A stretch of 64,000 nt of DNA. Origin: Ophelia neglecta (lineage: Eukaryota). Numbering within the stretch: the stretch's first letter is position 1; each line of letters opens with the position of its first letter. Of this stretch, positions 29,201 through 41,200 are shown piece after piece. The position numbers were made by a program, and so were the translations under genes. The stretch covers positions 80,662,001 through 80,726,000 of the forward strand of contig OZ260664.1 in the NCBI GenBank assembly GCA_965285935.1, written 5' to 3'. The notes under the pieces were generated by a model. It searched no databases, was not told the origin of the DNA, and worked only from the letters and a program-made list of their open reading frames with translations.

Positions 29201-32200
29201 GAGGTTAGCCGGCCCAGCCTGAGGCTTATCTACTGTACCTGGAGTGAGGGAAAAACCAACAACATAAAACTGTATAGTGCTTGACAAAGCATGGGAACAC
29301 TCAAATATTAATAATAGTTAAACCTTGATAAAGTACAGTACATTAGTTAATACATGTACACTTACCTCTACAAGTAAAACTGGCATATTCTTGTGTTTTC
29401 AGATGTGTCACGGAGAAAAATTTATACACAGGTTTTTTCCTGTTATTATTAGGTCTTAGGTCTACAACCTTGAAGTGTGTCTTTTTTTTTACCAGAAGCG
29501 TGAATGTTTTTTATCAATTTTAGTGCAGACTGTTTTATTTCTCTGTACATCTGGATCAAAATGATAATTTTAAGCAGACTATGTGCATGTATGCATGTTT
29601 CTAGTTAGTTCAATGTGGCAGGCAGTCGTGCTCAATTTCATTGAGGATATGGAAGTTTTTATCAAAGATTGCAACTTGTTTGTACTTTTTATACTTAGAT
29701 AAACTAAGCTATTTTTATATAGTTTTCAGATGGTCCCTGTTAGTACAAATTATTGTAGTGAACCAGATCACCACATCTCTATTTTAGACTCTGTGTAATT
29801 TACTTTCATCCCTCCCCCCTTCTCCCTTCCCCCTCCCAAAGTGTGCAGAGTCACCACACCCCCAGTCCAAGGTTTGATATAAGGGCACTATGGTGTGTTG
29901 AGGTGAAGCGTGTTGAGGTTGACCGGTAGCCAGTCTGGAGACTGAGTAGTTCCTGGCATGACTCCACCCTAACTCTATGAGACTGGGGAGGACTGCTACG
30001 ATGAGAGGGGCCCTGTGGTAGCCAATCAGAGTAGTTCCCGACACCTCCTTATCCCCCCCCCTCTTCCCCTTTGAGACTTGGGTGGACTGGTATGTTGAGA
30101 CGGGCCCTGTGGTGACCAGCCAGGGGCCCTGATGTGCTCCTGCTGGAGTGCTCCACAGTGCAGGTTCCAGGATCACATCTGTGCTCTATCTAACTGTTTT
30201 GCTTCAACATGTGTTACATAGGTAAGCATGTGCAACGAACTCCCAGCACACACTATAGAGCTATAAAACACATCAAACCGTGAGTGTATATGGCCGCAGG
30301 TCCAGTTTGGCTTTGTCAACTAAAGCATGCAGTCATGGAATGCTCTGTTACCAGGATATAATCATGATAATTAGCCAGATATATTTATTCCTCAGTGGAA
30401 TGCTACAAACCTATCAATTCTAGACTATCTGATCAGCACGGCAAGTCAATTTATTTATAGTGAATGAGTGGAGGAAAATTATTCCATTTATTACCAGTGA
30501 GAAAACCAGGATTTATAGTATCGAGTTTGGGGAAAATTGTGATACACTGCAAACAATAGTGATATGATTTTCTCATCGCTTAACATTCATACATTTGTGT
30601 TCAGGATCTGTGCATTTTCAACATATTGTTTCAGGTTGGATCAATTTATCTTGGCAGGTTGTACTTTTTACTGTGCCTAGTGTTGCATGGAAACATCAGT
30701 AGTTCCATGCTGATGTGTGAGGCTTGATGGGAAATAGGTAGACTGCTATAGGAGCATCTAAAACACTGAGTGTCGAAAACTGAAAAATGTACTGGTGATT
30801 GTGGCCAATTAATAGGAAGACTGGCTGGGATGTATGGTGACCAGTCTGGCAATTTTCTGTCAAAATCTCTGTAAAGGTCCTTTGTATAAGGTTTAAGTGT
30901 AGATGTCTGTAGAAATAACATCCATGCTACTGGGATTGTGGTAGTTACAATAAGGGGAATCTGATGGCCGAACATTGACAATAGGAGCTTGCCGTGTGAA
31001 CTCACAGGGAAAATTATAGCCCATGGTAGGATCATAGTGTAAGGGATATACCAATAGACTGGTGGATCGTTGATGTATGTGTTACATTTGTAAACAGTCT
31101 GACATGAAGTGAAGACAGTGTTAAAACTGTGTACCATTTGGTATATTTTGACATATCCAATGTATGTCCGAGACACATTACACTGTGGGGTCAGCAGTTT
31201 TTTTCACTCCGCCGTGAAAACATTTTGTCTGTTGATCAATGATCATTGATAGATGGCCAGGGCGTTATTCACAGGCCGTAGAAAGCTAGTCAGATCATAT
31301 TTATAATGTATGCTTGGTTGATTTAGTACAAATATATATATTATTAGTGTAATTTAGATATATTTAACACATAAAGGCATGTTCATGTTTTAAAAGGGGT
31401 AAAGTTCTCCTATACATGGATGAAGTTTACACATCATATGGACATTCCTGTCATAGTGCCTGACGACCTCTGGGATTATAGGTGGTCCTGTCAGCAGTAA
31501 ACCATATCACCTTTCAGCAGAAAAGTGCGGAAAATTGGCCTTAATAGTATGTTAAACTGCAGATCCCGCTATATGTCTCTGTTCTGAAGGAGTTTTTGAG
31601 GAGTGAGTTATTTAGTAATGTAAACATTAAGCTGAGCAGGAGTGATTAGCCATTGAGCAGTAGGGATTAAATCATGGAGAAAGTCACACAGGAAGCATAT
31701 CACTTCAACAAGTACCAAATGAAAACTTAACTCTCCAAATTACATGTACTTGTGTCTTGAGACGCTACAAGGGTCAAAGGTCATTCTAGAACAAGTAAAC
31801 TAAAGGTGGATTATATCTACTTGTAGTTTTACCCTGTGAGATGCTGGCACCACATCTTCTATGGGACTGGAATGTACACTATATATTCACCGGCTGATAT
31901 ATCATGAAGCTGAACATGGAGTACATGTATTCTAAGCCAACAAATTGGCATGTTTTTTCCCTGTGAATACCACAAGTTTTCTTGACTTTGTTTTGACTTG
32001 GGAGTGGTTCAACTCAGCAGACCAGCGATGATCACTCAGCGGTACGGGACCAGCGAGTTACTCATGGATTGGTTTTACCAATTCTAAATCTGGATAAAGT
32101 CAGAACAACATAGCAACAGACAACAAGGATATTGTTAGTCAGTAAAAGTCAAAATCTATCCTCCAATGCCCAAAAGTATCAAATATTGATAAACACACAC

Positions 32201-35200
32201 AGTAGCCATTATTAGATTTGGATCACAGGCTGTCACACAATAAGCTGGGGAGTAAAGTGTGAAATCTATAATTTAGTGTGTTAGTCAACATCTGATTGGT
32301 CATTTACATTCACCAGCAGAGTTATGTATTACATAGGGAAGTGAATATGATGTATAATGATGTACTATTGGGTTCTTAGCCATGCAGAACCTATCGAGGC
32401 ACCATGCCTGATATGTGACAGGTGATTCTGATTTGTTTTCATGATAAATTGGCTCTTAAGATGTGTTTAGGATGAAGAAAGTTGAAAATACGCTTACCAC
32501 TTTGCGATTTGCCCCCACATCCTGGGAGGAAACTGCAGAATTTCAATTTGATCACAAGATCATCAAAGATACTAGTGATTTAAAAACAAAATTGGATAAA
32601 TTTTGACTGGAGTTCCTCCAAGGCTCCTATATAAGACAGTGTTGCTTAGCAACATATTCATAAAAAGCAGGTGTTCTGCACTTGACCGCTAGATTAAGAT
32701 ATACATGTACTTCACAATCGTTGGATACTTGTAAATAAGTGTGGATTCCTGTTCAGACAAGATGTACACACAACTGAAGAAGATATCTCTCCCTGAGATC
32801 AAATTGAAATTAGCATTGAAAGGAGTACAAAGGCGATTCCAATATTGTGTTCTAGGTGGCAAGGTGAAAGGTAAGCATCCAAACTATTTTGATTATTTGG
32901 ATTCTTTCAAATATCAACATTATTTATCATTAAAAAGACATTCACTAAGGCTAGTGGCTGTCAATTGGTCTTTACTAGTGATTGTGTTATTATTTATCAT
33001 TTATTCCAACAGCACTGTTCTGAACCTTTTTTTCTTCAGATTCACTTACAAATTTTATTCAGACCAATAGACTCAAAATTTGCATAATTTACGATTGTCT
33101 TTCAATATGATTAGTAAAATGAAAAATTGAAGAAAAAAAATTCGACCAGAAAATCAGTCCAGTGGGGATCCCATGCCTTTACACAATGCAATGTCGTGAT
33201 GTGGTTAGTAGATATGATGGCAGATACATGTATTTATAACACAACAAGCACGTGATGCCTGGCCCTAAACAGAAAACAGACCATAAGAACAAAGTGCAGG
33301 GAACTTCCTCATTTTCTTGTGCAAAAATATGAGATTTGTTTTTGGGAACAAGTCAGTTGATAATTGTCCCACAAACATACATTTACAGTATATACCTGTA
33401 TTGTGAATGGGAGATAGTGTCATAATTAATGTAAATTTTCAACAATTTTCAACTTGAACAAGTTACTTTAAGTGGCCTGAGAAGCTCATTGTCCCATAAA
33501 CAGTTCATATTGATGTTAGTGGGAGAATGACCATCATGACTATATAGAGATGACTTCTGTCCTAACTCTTATCTCACAGTTTTATTCTTTTGGCATGGGA
33601 AAAGTACGGTCATAGGATGGTCCTTTCCCCAAAGAACGTTGTCTAACTAAATGTGTTCTGTTTGTACAGCGATTCCTGGTAAATCTAAGTAGTATTTAAG
33701 TTTTCTTGACTTAGTCTTATTTATGATAAAAATGAATCTAGTCAGTCTGGGCAGCATGGGCTGTATACTGCTTGGAGAAAAGAGTGAATATCTTTATTTT
33801 TTACTGGGTCAGCAGTTCATATATGGCATTTCCTTCTCAGAACTTCACAAGCAGAGGGTGTAGTTGTATACATACTGGTTATATACATAACATACATTGT
33901 ATACATACTGTGTTAATGCTGATACTGAAGGGTGTGAACTTGTTATCAGGACCAAGTCAATTACTCACAGGAATTACATATACACTGTACATACATGTAT
34001 ATTAAAGTAGTCAGCAGTTCCTGTCATGGAAATCATGCTTTCACCAATCCACTCAATATAATTTCAAGGATGTAGATTCAAAGGTCCAATCCTTTGTCCG
34101 ATTCCGATATACCACCGATCAATTCAATCATTCAAGCAGCCAGTAATTGTCAGTTTGCACAATGCCTTGTGAGACAGCTGTCATCCTCAGATATACATGT
34201 TTGTGTACATCCCACACAGCTGGCTGTAGCATGGCTGTTCAGGGGGCTCCAGATCTTCTCATCTCTTTTATAATGTATATAATAATAATAATAATAATCA
34301 TCATTTTATTCAAGAACATAGATATTGCTACAGAGATATTACATAAATATAAAGAAAATGACACCGAGAAGCAGACTCTGCTTATATGGGACTCTGTAAG
34401 AAAAAAATGAACATACTGTTTACAAACCATGGCAGACAGGATTTAACTACTATAAAAATTATCATCATTATCAGTGATTGAGTTCATGGCCATACTGTAT
34501 TCATATTGAAGGACTGAAAGGAGTGAATTCAAATTTAAAGAAAACAGCCTTGAGTTCAACATTGGCAGGCTCACTGTTCTGTGAATGAAATCACTTTATT
34601 AAACTGACAAGAATTATTTATTCATTGTATATTTTTTTTGACTTTGTAATTGAAAGAGTATGACTCACGGTAGATTTGACAATTGATAGTTTTGAAGGCC
34701 CTGACATATGTCTTGTAGCATGAAGTTGGCATTTTGCTTCCAACATGCGATGGTTTAGCTGATAATAAAGGTAGTGGCTCCCCATTGATTTGCTCCCTGT
34801 CTAGTTATATTGAATCACCTTGGAGGCTCTTGAACCATTGTCCCAGATTTCTCATGGCTGATGTATACATCAGCAAGGTATTGTAGAATTAAAGTCCCAT
34901 GTAATGTCTTGAGGCCCTTGGCTGTAAGTCTTCTTAGGGTCTTGGAGGCAGATATGGGGATGGATAGCTTGTGTAGGTTTTTGTGACTGAACATGGATAA
35001 TTGTGACTGTGTGATATACCTGGGCCTTTAGCTTGTAATTAGCAGGAATGTTATCAGCAGTTTAGGAACATGGATCTAAAGCTGTCAGTTTTTTCCTTCA
35101 AGTTTTATCTGTGACTATCCAGAGAACAATAATGGTGACATACCGGTATCTGAGAGGGGATCTGACTGTGAGTCTCAACACAACATGTTCAAATACTAAA

Positions 35201-38200
35201 AATCCTCTAGGTACCTTATTCTTAGACGACAGATTTGCCATGCTACCAAGCTAGGTAGGACATTTGGCTTTGATCCTAAGGGTCAATTTCACACCTGGAT
35301 CTGGTTTTATTGAGAAGGTAAAAACCTGAACTTGCAAGTTAACTGTTGTTAAGTGCAAGATGTTGGTATAAAAAAGAAGCTGTCATTAAAGGCGAGAATG
35401 TTACTGGATGTGAAATGATAGTGGAGACTTGCCCATGAAATTGCTGTGATTGTTCATACCCAGCTGCTAACAGACAGTGGAGAAAGACTGTAAAAGATGA
35501 TTGTTTTCCTATCAAAACTCATTTGTCAGTTTCTTTAAATATAGAAACATAGATAAGAGAATGACTTAAGAAATGGGCTCGCAGTTAAGTTCCCTGTTTA
35601 GGAGAAAGGAGGATGATGTTGTGGAGGTTTCTTGTTCAGAGAGTGGCCCTGAGGCTGATGGGTTTGTGGAGTGTGAGGAGACCAGCCATGATGACTGTCT
35701 TGTGTCCTGGGAGTCCCTACTCAGGCAGGGCTACAGGGATAGTCTGGCTGAAGACACCAGTGCGGGCCAGGAAGGAAGCACTGAGGGCTACCGGGATAGT
35801 CTGGCTGAAGACAGCAGTGCTGGCCAGGATGAAGGCACTCAGTCTGAGTCTAGTATGTCTTTTTCTGTGGATTCTCTGGCAGATAACTGTGACATTAAGC
35901 GAGACACTTGGCCATCGCCTTTGGCTCCGTGTCAGCTTCCAGAGCTGGTAACTTCCAACTGGAGCTCTTCTCAGCTTCACACTGGTAAGACTTCAAACTT
36001 CATTCTGTATTACCAGGGTAGATCATCTTCACACTGGTTATACTTTAAAGTTCATTTTGTATTAGATCATCTTCACACTGGTTATACTTCAAACTTCATT
36101 CTGTATTACCAGGGTAGATCATCTTCACACTGGTTATAGTTTAAAGTTCATTTTGTATTAGATCATCTTCTCAATGTTTAGACTTCAAAATTCATTCTGT
36201 ATTAGATCATCTTCACACTGGTTATACTTCAAACTTCATTCTGTATTACCCGGGTAGATCATCTTCACACTGGTTATACTTTAAAGTTCATTTTGTATTA
36301 GATCATCTTCTCAATGTTAAGACTTCAAAATTCATTCTGTATTAGATCATTTTCACACTGGTAAGACTTCAAACTTCATTCTGTATTACCAGGGTAGATC
36401 ATCTTCACACTGGTAATACTTTAAAGTTCATTTTGTATTAGATCATCTTCACACTGGTTATACTTGAAACTTCAGTCTGTATTACCAGGGTAGATCATCT
36501 TCACACTGGTTATACTTTAAAGTTCATTTTGTATTAGATCATCTTCTCAATGTTTAGACTTCAAAATTCATTCTGTATTAGATCATCTTCACACTGGTTA
36601 TACTTCAAACTTCATTCTGTATTACCAGGGTAGATCATCTTCACACTGGTTATACTTTAAAGTTCATTTTGTATTAGATCATCTTCTCAATGTTAAGACT
36701 TCAAAATTCATTCTGTATTAGATCATCTTCACACTGGTAAGACTTCAAACTTCATTCTGTATTACCAGGGTAGATCATCTTCACACTGGTAATACTTTAA
36801 AGTTCATTTTGTATTAGATCATCTTGACACTGGTTATACTTCAAACTTCATTCTGTATTACCAGGGTAGATCATCTTCACACTGGTTATACTTTAAAGTT
36901 CATTTTGTATTAGATCATCTTCTCAATGTTTAGACTTCAAAATTCATTCTGTATTAGATCATCTTCACACTGGTTATACTTCAAACTTCATTCTGTATTA
37001 CCAGGGTAGATCATCTTCACACTGGTTATACTTTAAAGTTCATTTTGTATTAGATCATCTTCTCAATGTTAAGACTTCAAAATTCATTCTGTATTAGATC
37101 ATCTTCACACTGGTAAGACTTCAAACTTCATTCTGTATTTCCAGGGTAGATCATCTTCAAACTGGTTATACTTTAAAGTTCATTTTGTATTAGATCATCT
37201 TCTCAATGTTAAGACTTCAAAATTCATTCTGTATTAGATCATCTTCACACTGGTTATACTTCAAACTTCATTCTGTATTACCAGGGTAGATCATCTTCAC
37301 ACTGGTTATACTTTAAAGTTCATTTTGTATTAGATCATCTTCACACTGGTTATACTTCAAACTTCATTCTGTATTACCAGGGTAGATCATCTTCACACTG
37401 GTTATAGTTTAAAGTTCATTTTGTATTAGATCATCTTCTCAATGTTTAGACTTCAAAATTCATTCTGTATTAGATCATCTTCACACTGGTTATACTTCAA
37501 ACTTCATTCTGTATTTCCAGGGTAGATCATCTTCAAACTGGTTATACTTTAAAGTTCATTTTGTATTAGATCATCTTCTCAATGTTAAGACTTCAAAATT
37601 CATTCTGTATTAGATCATCTTCACACTGGTTATACTTCAAACTTCATTCTGTATTACCAGGGTAGATCATCTTCACACTGGTTATACTTCAAACTTCATT
37701 CTGTATTACCAGGGTAGATCATCTTCACACTGGTTATACTTTAAAGTTCATTTTGTATTAGATCATCTTCTCAATGTTTAGACTTCAAAATTCATTCTGT
37801 ATTAGATCATCTTCACACTGGTTATACTTCAAACTTCATTCTGTATTTCCAGGGTAGATCATCTTCACACTGGTTATACTTTAAAGTTCATTTTGTATTA
37901 GATCATCTTCTCAATGTTAAGACTTCAAAATTCATTCTGTATTAAATCAACTTCACACTGGTTATACTTCAAACTTCATTCTGTATTACCAGGGTAGATC
38001 ATCTTCACACTGGTTATACTTTAAAGTTCATTTTGTATTAGATCATCTTCACACTGGTTATACTTGAAACTTCAGTCTGTATTACCAGGGTAGATCATCT
38101 TCACACTGGTTATACTTCAAAATTCATTCTGTATTAGATCAACTTCACACTGGTTATACTTCAAACTTCATTCTGTATTACCAGGGTAGATCATCTTCAC

Positions 38201-41200
38201 ACTGGTTATACTTTAAAGTTCATTTTCTATTAGATCATCTTCTCAATGTTAAGACTTCAAAATTCATTCTGTATTAGATCATCTTCACACTGGTTAGACT
38301 TCAAACTTCCTTCTTTATTTAGATCATTTTCACACTGGTAATACGTCAAACTTCATTTTGTATTGGAGTGATGTTCCAGTGAAGGGTTTAATTGTTTTCA
38401 ATTCCTGGCAGTTGCCTTACAGCGTGTTATGTGTTATTGGAATTTGACTGTGTACAGCTCTTATAAAGCAGGCTGTAAGCTCACCTAATATTTGTTTATC
38501 TGTGTGGCTCGTGTAATGATCTGATTGACTGGGTTGGCATGATCCAATATTTTTCAAAGTTTGATTTAGACATGTGCTGCATATTACCATGACCCATTGA
38601 ATGATCCATAGATTTGTGTTAGGGGTTCCAGGGCTATATCTAAACAGGTACACTGTGCTTATCTAAGAACGGCCATGTTTTAATAGATATTGTGAATTTA
38701 ATTCAGGTAATCCTGTTCAGTTCTTCTTTAAAGTTACCAAAATGATGCGATACAAGGAAGCTAAGATTTGAAGGGTTTAAACGCAATAAGCTAATTAATT
38801 GCCAATTTCTCTAGATATACACAATGGCTTAATCAGTATTGGCTGGGTCATTTACTGGGCTGTTTTTCTACCCCCTCCCCCAACTCGTGACTGGTGTTCA
38901 AACTATATTAACTGGGTGTCTATCAACACCACTACATCTCAAGGTAGCTTTGTAAGGGTCCATGGAAGAGAAACAGAATCAGGCACTATTTCACATGTCA
39001 CATAAACTATGCATGGCATTGACTTTTTCAAATGCAATAAAATGAATTCATTGCTTTGAGCAATTTGCATGATAATGAAAAACTGCACAGACACTTTGAA
39101 AAGCCCACCAGCAACCAGTTGGTAATTGCCTTTAAGTTTTCAGGACCCCATTTTCTCACACAAGTAGACTCCAAGGAATGACAGTCTCATCGCACCTATT
39201 ACAATCTCTTTTAAACTGTACACTCTATTAAAATATAATTGGCAGACCCAGGGAAAGGTGGAAATAAGGGTTTCCCAGTCTTTTTTAAACTGCATTGTGC
39301 ACATAAAAATAGAATGCACTAATATTTCATAGAGCTAGTCAGGTGGCAGATGTATTGGAATGTATATGTCTTAAACTAATGGTACAAATTTTGTAACCAG
39401 TCATTATGTATATATTTAGAATGAGGTTTTCTTTGATTTTGAGCTGCGTTTATGTTTTTTATCAAACCTGTTTTTAATATGAAATATATATATATACATA
39501 TAGAATCTGTGCCATACTTGAGTGTTAGCTATGCCAAGCCAGGTGCACCTGTTTCACTCCTGGATGTAAATCATATTGGTACTAGAATCACTAAGTCAAA
39601 AACCTGATGATATTTGTAGTGGTCTGCCAGCATGCACAGAGCAGAGCACAGAGCAGACGGCTGAAAACACAAGGCACTTCTACCGAGCTAAGAATCAATG
39701 ATACAGCACAGCCATTGAGGCTGAAAAAATAAACAATACTGACCAAAAGCAGGAGGGCCAATGTGTTTTATGCTCCTTATATTGTTATCTTATCTTGATT
39801 CTACTACCTACAGGCTAGCTGATAAATCTTCCTGAACAGTTTAAGGTGCATGGCTTTCCAAGTCTTGCGTGGCTGCTCAAGTCTTCCGTCAGACCTGTCA
39901 CATGGCAGACCGGTCACACGCTCTGTCAGAACAGGTTTAACAGATTACATTTAGTGATTGAGGATTATGGTGGCCTGATGGCAGTTAAGGGAGACATAGG
40001 TAATACAATAGCAAAGAGCGCCTCATTGGCAGTTCAAGAGTTGTGGAGTGAACCAAGCGTGACCTCAACCACCAAGATACAGCATGTTGTGGGTTTACTG
40101 GGCCTTGGCAGGTCTCTGTATCAAAAAGACCGTTTACCAGCTCTCAGCCCCCACACACCTACAGGGTGTCTACCACAGTCCAGGCACACACACTCTCTAC
40201 CACACAGCGCAATGAGCTGCTCTCTGGCCAAGGGCTGGATGAACCCCCCAGACCTGCTACAGCTAAGGGACCCTGAGTCCCTGCAGGGACCCCAGGGAGT
40301 TGGTGGAGTACATCTCTGGGGCATGACCCCCTGGCATGGGTACAAAGAATTCAGGGAGGACTTGGTGGGAAAGTGTAGTCGATTCATTAGTGATTATGTA
40401 TTCAGCCATCATTCAGGTGAGCAGGTTTATGTCAGTCTTATAGATATTGATGGAACAATATGTTTTTTTAAATATAAAATCTACATTTAATAGAAGCAAT
40501 GCCCCTGGTATGCTTGACACATTCAGGAATTACCAGATCTGAATAATGCAGACATGAGAATTTTCCACGGATTCGCGGATTTCCGAGTTTTTTGCCCCCC
40601 TTTGAAACCCCCCGGCACGCCCCTGGCATGCCCATGCCTCGGCTGGCATTTTAAGAGTTTTTCAAAGTTTCCCATTCTCATTCCTGATAATACTATGAAT
40701 AGAATGAGAACAAAAGGAGATTTGCTTTCCAAATCCTTCAATATGTGTTCAAACTTTGTAATTATACACACAGTTGAATATTAACATTGAATTATTCGAA
40801 ATAAGTCTTGGAATCCTTATTCTTTGTTCCTGAAGTGCAATTTACAGACCTGCCTTTTGACCTAATCAGGCTGCAATTTGAATTAAATATTTCCTAGGGT
40901 CCTTAAGGGGATCTGTTGTTTCAGAGTCAGGAATGAGGATTTGATTAAGCTGGTAATATGATAATATAAATCAATGGATTAGTCCTACCTGACCTAACAG
41001 GTTGTTCTGCCTGGTGTTGGATTACACACCACAAATATGAAATGTACTAGTCTATTTAAACGTTGTATACACAGTTGGTTGTGAATAACACTAAAACTTA
41101 GGATATTAAGTACAAACTCTGCTGTAATATATAGTATATAAATAAGGTACTATCAAAAGTATTAACACACAACACAATTCTTGATTGCACCAGCCACCAC

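Noticed and set aside
30646-31176. 176-aa minus-strand ORF as a nested gene
   Set aside because: Non-ATG start in the ORF track, no recognisable domain, intron-like composition
35975-38364. CRISPR array
   Set aside because: No unique spacers (the whole unit repeats), no cas genes, and a eukaryotic intronic context
40522-40833. MITE bounded by TTCAGGAA...TTCCTGAA
   Set aside because: Inverted match is only 8 bp with no clear target-site duplication; CpG-rich and possibly repeat-derived, but unsupported
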